This document shows positions 39,716 through 52,100 of a stretch of DNA of 64,000 bases, piece after piece. The position numbers and the translations under genes are program-made. The stretch's first letter is position 1. Each line of letters starts with the position of its first letter. Source of the stretch: the human T2T-CHM13v2.0 reference genome, Homo sapiens; assembly GCF_009914755.1 (NCBI RefSeq), contig NC_060935.1. One strand, given 5' to 3'. The notes below the pieces were generated by a model. That model saw only the letters and a list, made by a program, of their open reading frames with translations, was not told the DNA's origin and made no database searches.

Positions 39716-41244
39716 CAAGCTTTGTGACATGATATTCAGGGTACATCATTTAAGAGATTTTATTATATGTATTGATGTGATTTTAGAGTTGTCCTTTGTC
39801 GTTAAAAAAGAGTTGTGACTCCCGTTTTAGGAACCCCCCGTTTCTGGCTCACCAGGCCCTGGAGTTAACAGTCCTGGTGGGGTTTTCTCTGAAATACAAG
39901 TGGCAAGAGGCGCTTTTCTTTCTGGTCACCTGGGCCTGACACTAATGAGATGTTAATAACACAACCATTATCTATGCAAATGAAGGGAACTGGGCTGGGG
40001 AGGGAGGCGCCTGCAGTGACAGCAGGCTCCCTGAGAGTGCTAAGTAATAAATCATGTTGCTGTGGTTATTAACCATCTTAACTGAGGTGCCCCAGGAACT
40101 GACCCCCGCGTGCCCCTGGTTTTCTGGCTTATTTACATCACCAGCTTGTTTCTTGGGAGGTCCTAGAGATGTGAAGAGTTAATTCACCTCTGCTGTATAT
40201 TAAGGGGGCAGTGTAGTCAGGGGCCACAGAGGAGAGTCTAACTCTCCCTTTGGCTTCTGACTCCTGTGTGTTCTCGAGCTGGTCCCTCACCCACTCTGTG
40301 CCTCAGATTCTCTTCTGGTTAGAAATAATGGCTCTTGTGAAGTAGCCCCTCCCCTGGTCATGTCCCTACCAAAAGGACTCACAACCAATGAGATGTAGAG
40401 CCAGTTAGCCTTTGGTCTCCATCTGGTCATGTGCACTCTCATTCTCTCTCATCGTTTGTCACTCTTTCTCATCTGCCTGCACTCAGACCACAAATACTCT
40501 TATCTCCTCCTCCTAGTAAATTCACCAGGGCAGCTCAGCAGTCATTTAATTTCTCTGTCTATGCCTAAGTAGGGAATTTCAGTTCAGGAGAGAAGGAAAG
40601 AAAACGTACGTTGGCCCCAGTTCCAAACCTTGTTTTTCTATACAGGTTTACCACTCACAAAACTGGTACTTTGATCTCTATCTGATTCCTCTATTTTCTA
40701 ATTTCTTCAGACCTCAGGGGAGAGAGTTGTGATGACTTAGAGCCTCAAACATGTGTTTGGAGGGCAGGTGCCAAAGGAGTGAGAAGAATTCTTATCTGGG
40801 CAGCCACCCTAAGGTGTTTCCTCCATGCTTAACAATTGGGTGTAGAACAGAACTGAAAAATGTTTGGTAGTTGCAGGCTGCTAGGGCCTGACACAAATAG
40901 GTTAGTATAAGGGAGGGAAAAAGTACATAGCACGTCACTTACCTTGGGAGCTGGAAGAGGCCGTCTTGCCTTCACCTTGATTTTGGAAAGGGTAGAGCTT
41001 CTATGGCAAACATCTAGAGTAAGCATTGATGTAAGAGGGCCTTTTTGCATACTGTGTGCAACTGGAAACTCCCCAAAATCTTCTTACAAAGGGGGAAGGC
41101 TGGGATATGTGTGGCCATGGACATGCTCTGCCACATGCCAGCCTACCTGCTTTTTCACATGTGGGTCTTTGTCATTATTCTGACTCCCTCAAGCCTTTTC
41201 TGGGGACACAAATATCAGTTCAACACCTTGTCCCATGAGGGATA

Positions 41245-41850
41245 AGTGGGGAGAGTCAGAGTGGTTCCCACTCCTGGATTCACACCCTATATAAGTGTGA
41301 GCAGGCCTGTGACTTGCTTCTTGTCAACAGAATAAGAAAAAGATTTTGCAGACCTAATTAAGGTTAAAAATCAGTTGGTTTAGAGTTAATCAAAAGGGAG
41401 ATTATACTTGATGGGCCTGCCTTCATCAAGTAAAATCTCTTAGAAGAGGGATTGGGTCATCCACTGAGAGGAAGATTCCCCTCACTGGCTTGAAAGCCAC
41501 CATGTTGAGGAAGCCCACATGGCAAGGAATTGGAGCAGCCTCTATGAAATGTGGGCCACCTTTAGGTGACACCATTGAAAAGTCAGGGTCCTCAGGGTAT
41601 AGCCACAGGAAAATAAACTTTACCAGAAACTGAAATAAGCTTGGAAATTGATTCTTCCTCAGTTGAGCCTCCAGATAAGAACACAGCCCAGACAACACCT
41701 TGACTACAGCCTTGTAAGACCCAGAGCAGAGGATTCAGTTAAGATGTATCTGGACTCCTGACCACAGAAACTTGCAAGATAACAGAGGCATGTGGTTTTA
41801 GGTAGCTAAGTTTCTGATAATTTGTTATGCAATGATAGAAAACTAATACT
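41245..41850 (+). mobile_element. MaLR LTR (MLT1E-like)
   Basis: GATTTTGCAGACCTAATTAAGG...AATCAAAAGGGAGATTAT...CCACATGGCAAGGAA...CAGCCTTGTAAGACCC...TTTGTTATGCAATGATAGAAAACTAATAC. Confidence 0.88.
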
Positions 41851-44729
41851 GTCCTCCTGGAGACAGGTGAGAAGGGGCAGGAGTAAATGGAGTAAAAACG
41901 CAGGTAATGTTTCTGTGAAGGAAGCAGTTCTTACATTATAACCTGTGCAATGTAGAAAGGGAGAAAATCTTCTCCCTCCCATTACCCACAGGGGTAGATC
42001 TCTATAGTTCTTGCCCTAATGATCACTCAAGCCATTTCAATTATTTGCTTTTTGGATTTTTATTTTGCAAAGGAGAGAAACAGAGTTGATTGGAAATTAG
42101 AAACTAGCCATAGAAGTGCCTGCACCTCATACAGAGGTTCCGTCAATTCCTTTGGCTTTTCCTTCCTGGGTTTTGATTTTCCTATTCTTACTTCTGTTCT
42201 GTGAGATGTCCAATGATCCTTCTAATAAAACCTTCATCCCTACTTTTTAAAGAAGAGTGTAATATGCTAGCCAGAGTTGATTGCTCTTGCTTACAGCCAA
42301 AGTAAACTTAATGCCCGGTATATTTTCCCATTAGCCTAATTGCCCCTCAAATTAGTAACCAATTGAATTGCCCATCCCCACTCTTTCTTTTCTGAAATAA
42401 GAACTTCAGGCTCTTCTCTGGTCTCTTTGATCCTCTTAATTTTGCTGCACTATTACTGTTCCTATTTCTGATAATGCCACAGCTATCATTGCCTGTCTGG
42501 GTCTAACTTTTTGGCTGGAAGCTGTCATTGATAACCCTAATGTTGTCTTCAGGGAGAGGTACAGCCATTCTTCTCTTGGCTTCTCCTTTTTAAACATGGG
42601 GTTTAGTGTTTTCTAATTCCTTTCAGCTCAAATGAGGTCAAACTATGACTTTGAATAAACTTTCACCAAACCCTTGACTATGAGAGAAGTTCATTATTTG
42701 TAGGATTGACTATCCTTAGAATCTATGGGCATGAACCAACCCCAGAGTCTTTTACTGGGCTGGACCACTGCCTACCTGCTGATTTGCTTCTATGTAGCAG
42801 GTGTCATGTCTACCCCAACTCTCCTGATTCCAGATCAACTGATTCTGATTCTCTAAATGGTAAGGTAGGCATTATTTGTTGTACTTCATTTTTTTTTGTC
42901 CCAAGATTAACCTTGCCCTAGAATGACTAAAGGTGAGAATATCTATTTTTATTACATTCAGGGAAAATCTCAACTCACCCTCAATGTTATGTCTGTCTGC
43001 ATAACCTCAAATATCAATACAATGGTTTCACAAGGCATTAAACAAATTCTGTCTTATAAAGCATGAGATAATGTCCTATGCTGACATGAACAGTCTAGTC
43101 TAGGTTGTACTATGCCAGATCTAGTCCAGTTCTACTCTTTGCTTCAAAGTAAAGGTCCACATGTCTCTTCCTGCAGTCTCCATACCTGATTTTGGGGGAG
43201 CGAATTATTGGCTAATACAAGAACCATACGGATATGTCTCAGAAATACACAGTAATTTTCAGTCATATCTCTCCTGAAATTTAGATTTATGAGAAGAAAT
43301 ATTTTCCAACAAAATATGTAGGGAAATAGGATGAATTGCTCTAAGTGTGTAATACTAAACAGGACACTTGAAGGTTCAATTGGAAACATCAGTATTTGGG
43401 TTACTCATAGCTCCCAGGTAGATCTTCCTCAAGAATCTTGGTATGCCATTGCCTTAAGTTTGCATTGGTAAAATGTTTTTTACAGTGATTTTTTTTTCCT
43501 AATAAAAGAGTAGTTTCCCCAAAAAGTTAAATTCCAGACTACCTACAGTACGAGGCTTGTTATTTGGTAGAATGAGGAGAATCTTCTATTGAATGTTAAA
43601 AGAATGAATTCCAGTTCTGTCTCTAGCACAAAGTAGTCATATTAGCTTGAACAGTCACTTAACCTTTCTAGAAACTTTGTTTTGTCTGAAAAAAGCAGGT
43701 GGGACTAGATGTGTTAGATAGTATCTTCTATCCCTTAACTTCTATGCTAGCCTAGGAGTTAGTAGACAGGATGTGACTCGGATAGTGACACCAGGCAAGA
43801 AAACCTAGCTGCTTTATTCCAAGCTGTAATGTAGTAGGAATCAAATGCCTCTGGTGCTGGTTGTTCTGCTGATATCTGTGGGTGATAGATATGAATGGGG
43901 ACTGACATGAACAACTCATTATAATGCTTGTGAAGAATGGGACCTGCCCTCATGGGCAGAGGTGCTGCCCTTTCTCCTGTTCAGTTCAGTGCCTCCAGAT
44001 CATCACTATTCAGGCAGGGCTTGTCTGATTCGCAGAAAAAGAGTGTTATGGAAGGCTTGGCATTTTTGTGCTAACATTGACCCCCAGATAAGCATCCTCC
44101 ACCCTGTTCCAGCCCAGTCCAACCAACTCTGCATTTGGATTGTTTCTTTGCCAAATGTTCTGTTATATCTGGGTTCTCTCTGCTCTTAGAATTCTCTGGT
44201 CTTCCTGTCTCCTTCCTGTCCCCGAGTCCTGGTAGCTGGGCTGTGTCCTCTTTCTCCTTTCTTTACTTTCCAGAACTCTCTGAACATCTTTTCCTGGCTC
44301 ACAGAACCATTCCCAGCTGATCCAACCCTTCTACCTGCAGGCCATGGTATCCTAGCTAGTACTTCCTGCTCTCTATCCCACACATTGTTCCCCAGGCAGC
44401 AACTCCCAACCTGGGAGCAGGGCCAACTGTGTCAGGGCCAGGAAGTGGGGGCTCCAGATGAGCCGCTGTCCCTTTGAGCCTGCTTCCCAGGGAAGGAGAG
44501 CATTAAACCCAGCCCTCCTGCAAGAGCAGGGCCCCTGGTGTCATGGGCCAAGTTGGCACAGGCTGGCTTGAAGCAGCCCACACTCTCTACCTGCCTACCC
44601 AGCTGTATTTGTGTGTACACATGATGTGGTGCCAGGCAAGCAAGTTAGCAGCCACTTTGAGGGATGATCAGATCCCTCGGTGTGTTTGTCTTAGAGTCTG
44701 TAAGAGACATTGAAATCAAATATGTATCA

Positions 44730-44862
44730 AATATATATATGTGTGTATATATACACACATATATGTATGTATATACACATATATGTATACATATATACAT
44801 ACATATATACGTACATATATATATACACATATATATGTATGTGTATATATAGTGTGTGTGTG
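44730..44862. repeat. TA/CA/TG alternating purine-pyrimidine simple repeat
   Basis: ATATATATATGTGTGTATATATACACACATATATGTATGT... read directly. Confidence 0.95.
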
Positions 44863-45339
44863 TTTGTCCCCAACCATATGCCTTGGCATCTATCCAAGTC
44901 ATTAACAGAAAACAAGTAGTAACTGAAAGAAATAAGATTTAAGGGACCTGCTTAATATTTCCTCTTATTCTTTAACTGCGAGACTTCCATAAGGAAGGTA
45001 GAACTTGAATACCCATTATGTATTGGGTTCTTTACTGCACTGTTCCTTACCTAACATTCCCTCTCTTAGTTCATGGAAACTTCATTCACTCATGTTATTC
45101 CCAGAAATCTCAGCTTCATCTCAAATACCTTTCCTTTCCTCATCCTTCCAATAGTTGAATATTTTCCAGATCTGATTTATTGTTTTATTCTGTTCTTGTA
45201 GGGGTGTAGTAATAATTTTTATTTAATAGATAAGAAATAAAGCTCAAAGACACAGAACTCTTGCTGAGGTCACAGAACTAGTAGGTAGGAGAGCAATGTT
45301 TTAACCTAAAAGTTTGTCTTTCTCCATGGTCCATGGCAA

Positions 45340-46420
45340 TTCATTAACTCAATAAACATTCAGACTGCCCTTGCCCCTAGGATGATGAGTTGCTAGAGAA
45401 TAGCCTTGGTATTTGCTCAAGGATCCTGTAATTTAGTGAGGGGGGAATATATTTTCAAAAATCAGAATGCAGTGGAGGAATTGCATGGTTCCCTGAAAGC
45501 CCAGGGTAGAGACTGGCTAATTGCTACAGGGGAGTCAGGAGGAACTCCATGGAAGAGGCGATGTTTGATCTGAGTCTTGACGAATAGGTAGAAGTTGGCC
45601 AGCAGGACTAGAAGGGAAAGGAAATTCTGGTAGCAGAACAAACAGAAAAAAAAAAGCCATAGAAATAAGAAAGAGCATGTGAGAGACAAGTAGGCTCCTC
45701 TGTGCGTGATGGTGAAGGTGTGTTGGGGACACTGTGGGAAGTCGTGCAGCAGGTGTATCAGGGCAGGGGGTCTTAGCTTCATCTCTGAGCAAGAGGGAGG
45801 TGCTGCAGTCTGAGCAGGGAAGAGATGCAATCACTTACAGGCCCTACGGCTTAAGAAGCAAAATGAGCTTGGAAAGGTGCATGGAGACGTGCACGAGAGT
45901 GTGAGAGTATGTGAGTATATGTGTAAGTGTATGTGTGTATCTGTGTGAATGGGAGCAAGTGTGTATGTGTGAGTGAGTGTGAGTGGGTGAGTGTGTGAGT
46001 ATGCAAGTGTATGTATGAGTGTATGTGGGTGAGTGTGTATGGTTGAGGGTGAATCAGTATGATTGAGTGTGAATGTGTGTATAAGTGTGTGAATGTGCAT
46101 GGGTGACTGCGTATGTGTGTGTGGACACTAAACCTATGGAAACCAGTTAAGAGGCTTTTTCAATTGATTAGAGAAGTAGTGGTACATGCCTGGACTGAGG
46201 CACAGCAGATGGGGGTGGTGAGGAGGTGGCAGAGGTGACAAATAATTGCATTAGGCAATAGAGCAGACTCAGAGACAAATTAATGGGTGGAGGAGGCAAG
46301 GAAAGAGGAGGTGTTTGGGACAACAACGATGCAGTTTCTAGTTAAATAGCTTGGGTGAATGATGGTGCCATTAACTCAGATAAGGCATGTGAGAGAATAA
46401 TGAGGTCAGTCTTGGACAGT
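45340..46420 (-). mobile_element. L2 LINE interrupted by TG-rich repeat
   Basis: ATTCATTAACTCAATAAACATT tail; GATCTGAGTCTTGACGAATAGG; GGAAACCAGTTAAGAGGC...GATGGTGCCATTAACT. Confidence 0.7.
45898..46123. repeat. Degenerate (TG/TGAG/TATG)n low-complexity tract
   Basis: GTGTGAGAGTATGTGAGTATATGTGTAAGTGTATGTGTG... read directly. Confidence 0.9.
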
Positions 46421-47620
46421 TTGGTGGAGACCAGCATGGTGCTGAGGACTGACACTGCTGTTCTTGGAGCAAAATGGGGGAGGGGGCTGATGTCGTAGGG
46501 GCAGTGGTCAGAAGAGAAAGGGGGTATCCCAGGACATGGTCAGGACCCATGCTAATATTCCTGGCCAGTGCATTCAGGTTTGGGTTGGAGAAGCCCCAGC
46601 TCCATCTGCAAAGCTGGTCTGTGTTCCCAGTTCTCTTGTCATGTTGACGCCCCTCTCTGCTTGTCATGACTCAGGCGCTGACAGCCTCAATGGTGCTGGC
46701 AATCCATCAGTGAGTGGAAAAAGATAATTGACCATCATCTCACCTCACCTCGCCTTGCCTCAACTGATAGAGAGAAATTTAACTGCTTCATTCCACTATA
46801 ATTTCATATAATTCTCCATCTTTTTCTTCCTCGTTTTTACTTGGAAGTTTACAAAAGTGATTGATGATTTGCTATCAAATATAAAAAAAGAAGCTAAAAT
46901 ATCATTGGACAGTTTAACAGCCTTTAAAATATAATGGTCTCTCTGGCTGGACATCCACAGTAGCTGTAGAAGCCCAGAAGGTCAATCTTTAATGAACTGG
47001 TGAGAATTAGAAAAGGAAAGTGAGAGTGATCAATGCTCAGAGCCAGTTCCACAGCCTGCTGACCTTGGGGGAAGAAGGGACATCCGTAAATGATTATGGA
47101 GCCCTTCTGAAATGTGCACGGGGCTGTCAGAAGCCAATGGGGAGGCTGGAGGACTGGCCTGTGCTGGGGAGCCAGGGGTTCTGGGTCACACCAAGCAGAG
47201 GAGGCTCCTTGCCCTTAGCTCAGTCCTCGTTCGTACCCTCATGATAACCCAGACTGGCTTTAGGTTCTTGCCTCCTTGCTAGGACTCCCTCCAATCTTGT
47301 GCCTCAGGGCACAAGGTTGACCTTTGACCCTGTCCGGAGAACCCAAATGCTCCCCTTGCCAACATTTTTGGTCTCTGAGACCCTCTGACTTACTTGCTCA
47401 CATCCCTTTCCTTCATTGTTGAAAGTGAACCACTGAACTTATCAGGGTTCCATGGCAGGAGGAGGAGGGGAGGGCAGTTATCTTCTATTAACCATCTCCT
47501 GTGTGCCACATACTCTTCCAGGCACTCACCTTCACACTGTCTTATTTGGTTCCTTCTCTACCCTTTGAGGTAGTTGTTATAATGCTCACTATAGTTGAAG
47601 AACATGAGGTTCAGCAGTCA

Positions 47621-48103
47621 TGGTAGGCAAGCAGCTGGAACATGGCTCCCAATGATCCAGCCTTGTGACTTTCATGTCTTTGGGTAATCCCCTCTCCTGG
47701 AGTGTGGCCAAGACCTAGTGACTTACTACTAATAAACAGAATACAACAAGAGTGGTGGGATGGCACTTCTGAGATTAGGTTATAAAAAGACTGTAACTTC
47801 CATCTTGTTCTCTAGTTAGCTTCTTCTGCTGAAAGCTTGCCGCCATGGTGTGAGCTGCCTGATGGAAAGGCCTGTATGGCAAGGAACTGAGGGGGACTGA
47901 ATCCCACCCAGTAACCATATGAGTGAGCTCAGTCAAGTCTTGAGATGAGACTGCAGCCCCAGCTCACTTCTGGATTGTGAGCAGAGCACCCAGCTAAGCT
48001 GCATCTAGATTCCTGACCCACAGAAACTGTAAGGTAATACATGCATATTGTTTTAAGCCACTAAGTTTTGGAGTACTTTGTTATTCAACAATAGATGAAT
48101 AAT
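47621..48103 (+). mobile_element. MaLR LTR (MLT1F-like) inserted into a minus-strand MIR
   Basis: ATGGCTCCCAATGATCC...GTAATCCCCTCTCC...CACTTCTGAGATTAGGTTATAAAAAGACT...TTTTAAGCCACTAAGTTTTGG. MIR halves at ~47490-47615 and ~48105-48210. Confidence 0.88.
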
Positions 48104-48914
48104 TCAGAATGGTTAAATAATTTTTGCAAAACAGACAGTTAATAAATGGTGGAATCCAGACTCAAAATCAGGACTGCTTGATTTCAAAGCATCACAATCT
48201 TTTCATTATACTATATTAATTTTAAAAAATGACTTGTACCTGTAGCTCCAGGAGATGTATGCCTGTTGGGTGGTGGGATCCTGAGGTGTGCAGACAGGCA
48301 GGGTCACATCGCCAAACTGTGTGTTCTATCCTTGCCCCACTGCTGGGCCTTCCGGGTGTGGCATGTAGAGGCCCAGTGATCACCCTTCCCTCAAAAACTC
48401 TTTCCTCTTAGATGGATTGCATTTAGGAACATCTGCCCAGAAGGACTGCAGTTGATTTAAGCATCTTTGCTTTTAATTTTTGGTACCTTTTAGAGGGAAA
48501 GAGAAAAATAAGATTAGTTTCCTAAAGTGTAATTGTTTCAGGCAGTTATTTATTAATGAAAAGAAACGACATGTCAACAAAGCTCGGGTTTTGCTGTAGA
48601 ACTAATGTTAGCCAAGGAATAGGTTATAAGGAAGGTAAGCCTGCTGTCAGTCTGCATTTGTCCATCGCCATGATCATCTATTAATTACCTGTGCTCTGGA
48701 CCCAGGCTGGGAGACAGTCTTTGACCCCTCTCCACTGAGGGTTGCTGAGCACCAAGGGGCAGGAGAAGCATCATCTCTGACATGGTTCTCCTAAAGGAGC
48801 TTTATGGGCTTCTGAGCTTTCTCTGAGATTATGAAGGCTCATTCTCTGCCTGGACCCCAGGATGGGGAAGGGACAGGGGTGCTTTGTTGAAGATGAAGGG
48901 TATAGAATGCTGAC

Positions 48915-49095
48915 CTGACTTGTCATTGAGTTGTGTGAGTGTCTTGTATTTGGAGTCAGTAAAGTGATTGGAACTTGCTTTGAGTTTCCTCAGGTATGAA
49001 ACAGGGGAAATTATAATACATACCTCACAGGGTTGATAGAAGGATCAAATGTGATAATGTACATGGAAACATGTATAATAGAAAGCACTTTACAA

Positions 49096-49098
<3 letters not shown>
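48915..49098 (+). mobile_element. MIR SINE
   Basis: TGAGTTTCCTCAGGTATGAAACAGGGG...TACCTCACAGGGTTGATAGAAGGATCAAATG. Confidence 0.75.

Positions 49099-49130
<32 letters not shown>
49099..49130. repeat. (GT)16 microsatellite
   Basis: Perfect GT run read directly. Confidence 0.97.
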
Positions 49131-49131
<1 letters not shown>

Positions 49132-52100
49132 CCTGTGAGTTTGGTCAAGTTGGGGTTAGACTCATGGAGTGGATCCAAGAGAATAAAACAAATGATCTGA
49201 TGAACCCACTTGACTAGAAATTGGAAAGGGCATTTCAGAGGTACTTTCAGAGGCAATTAACATAATTCCTGCCTAATAGTAGTTTAAACCCATGAAGGCA
49301 TTAATGATTCCTTAAGTGTGATGGCCCCATGGCTCTATGCTGTCACAGAGGAGTCAGGCACGCCACCATCCTTGGTGGGTTGAGTTGTTTTGGTCCTCGT
49401 GTTCACCATCTCATTATCATTAGATGCCTAACAGGTCCTCATTCAAGTTGGGTTCTGTCCATTTTATCTTGGAAAGCAGTTTTTTTGTTTTGTTTGTTTT
49501 GTTTCCTTTTTTGCCCCAGAAGCCCCTGAGCTGAATTACTCCTCTGTCCAGAATTGGTCACACAGGGTGCAAATTCTGAACTAGTCATATTGTATGGAGA
49601 CCTGAGAAAGCAAATTAAAAAAATATATTGATATGTATTCATTCATCATCATAAGTTGGGAGAAGGCAAGAGAGAAGGGAGTTAGGAATGACTGTTAGAG
49701 TGGAAGGGACCCAGGATCTGATTTAATCCCATAAGAAGAGACATGAGGCTCAGAAGGGTTAATAGCTTGTCCAAAGTCACAAATTAAGTGGATAGTACCT
49801 ACTGTACTTAGAATGGGGCATATATAGATTATTTTCATGTTTTACGTGGATTGTGAGACGATTGAGGAAAATTATCTTACATATAGAATGCCTGGAAACC
49901 TAAGCATGACCTTCAAAACATATCTTTAGTGTCTTTCTAAATAGTTACATGGTTCCTTAGAATATAGAGGTAAACTGAGTTACAGAGATAAAAGGGGAAA
50001 TGGAGAGCATTGGGCTCTTAGGGTTGTCTATTTTGTGGCCAGAATGGTTGAGGTGAGCAAGCTTATTGGAGCCCAGCAAACCACGTACGTCTTCACTATG
50101 CAGTCATGAAACATCAGCATAATGCGAGGGAACTGGGAGGAGTTTATGGGGGAGTTAATTCAGACTCCACTGCAAATATTCAGTGAGTGTCCAGACTGCC
50201 CAGTACCAAGTTAGGTCCTATGTAGATACAAAGTAAGTGCAATTCAAGTCAATTCAAATTGATCCAACAAACATGCATTGAGTGTGCTTGTTCCTGGCAT
50301 GATAAATATATGAAGATAAATACATGATGCTTTCCTTCCAGATGCTCACAAATAGAATGGACAACAACACGGGTGACTCACTAAAATGCTATAAAATCCC
50401 TGCTGTAATATGGACAGGAACAAAAGGCAATAGAAGCTCAATGGACCCAACCAGAGGGACACTTTTTAATGACCATTCCAGAGCCCAACATAACCAGAGA
50501 AGAGATTTATATCATGAGGCTGTCAAACTTTCTCAGATAAAGAGAGTGATAGACTGAATAATCCAGGGTGGTAAGTGTGGGAAGTTCAGATAACACTAAG
50601 GAAGTTAAGAGGAGAAAAAGTCAACAAGGACTGGGCCTACTCAAAGAAGACTTTTTGGGGTCATGGACCTTGAACTGGGACTTGCTTGGAAGATGGTATT
50701 TGGAAGAAGAATACAAAAAGGAATAAAGGGTTGAGGAGATTAAGCCAAGATAAGGAAGTAGGAACATGCACAATATATTTGGAAACCTGGCCTTCTACAC
50801 AGAGGGCCTGTGGCCAACTTCTTTTCTACTTCTCTTCAGGTTCCCAGTCACTGAATTCCAAAGGTTTTTGTTATATGGTCCAGACTCAAGGCATTCCTCT
50901 TGGCCTTTGGGCAAAGGAGCCCACCCTTTGTGTTTATCCCTAAGAAAAAGAGAGAGTAGTCAGAACCCCTGCAGAGAGGTTTGACTCCCGGAAGCAACTG
51001 GTGTCCCACTTTAACCCTGGTTTCAAGTCTGGAAAAAACAGAAAACACTTATTCTTACCTCTCTCCCCACCCCCAGAAGGATAGATTAAAAAAACAGAAG
51101 GTTAAGGATTTTGCCAAATATGGAAAAATGCTTTTGGCATTCAATGTGGCAATCAATCTCTAAAGAATTATTCAACATTTGATGTTCATATCCTCCTCAG
51201 TGTTATCTCTAGATTTCTCCTTTCAGGAAATCTCAAGAATTAAAAGCCCACAAGAAGTTCCAGATAAAGATGCAAGATGCTGAAGAATCAATAACATTTA
51301 TTGAGTGCTTACCAAATGCCAGGTACTATTCTAAATGCTTTGCTTTACATGCATAACTCACAAGGGGAAAGCCCTATGGCACTGACTGTTGTGCTCCCAC
51401 GGACTGCAGAATGGAGATAGTGGACTGGCAAAATGCAAGAAGCTATGTGTGCAAACACAGCTTTTGATAATGTTGGGAAGAGACACGACCATTGGATCCA
51501 TTTTTATGACTTTATCCATTCTGCCTAACCTCCCTTCCCTGCCCTGCAACAATTTTGGCATTCTTCCACATGCCAGCCAAAGCTTTTCTGTCCCCACTAA
51601 ATCCATGTAGGCTGCGGCTTGATACACCATCACTCACACCCATTTCCTGGAAAGCTCCTCTTTGGGCAAGTGGCACTGCTCATTGAGTTTCTGAGCAGAG
51701 CTGTTATTGGGGTCACAGTATGGCCCAGGGAAGAAACTCAATGACAAGTACAGAGTGGGAGCTCTCTAGAGCAATGTCTGATCGTCATGATGGCATGTTG
51801 GAAAATTGATAACTTTACTCTGCCTAAGGAGAAACCTCCGCATGTCACCACTAATCATGCAAACTAGACTCTTAAAATGAAATTACGCTGAAACACAACC
51901 AATCAAAGTTGGAGTCTCAATTGCTCTATGACTTCATTTAAAGTTCCAGTGCCAGCAGGAAGAAAAAAGAAATCAATACTACATTTTCTTCATCATCAAT
52001 TTTGCTTTTTTGCTAAATGAAAATGCTTATATTCCTTCTCTTGTTCCCTCCACCATCGAAGATGTTATTTCTCCCCACCTTGCCTTATCCATCCTGTGGT

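Noticed and set aside
44645-46100. Y/I/C/H/T-rich ORFs
   Set aside because: Translations of TA/TG simple repeats.
48600-48634. Plus-strand 35-nt exon candidate (TTTTGCTGTAG ... AAG|GTAAGC)
   Set aside because: Short pyrimidine tract, not frame-preserving, no other support. It illustrates the chance background of splice-site pairs.
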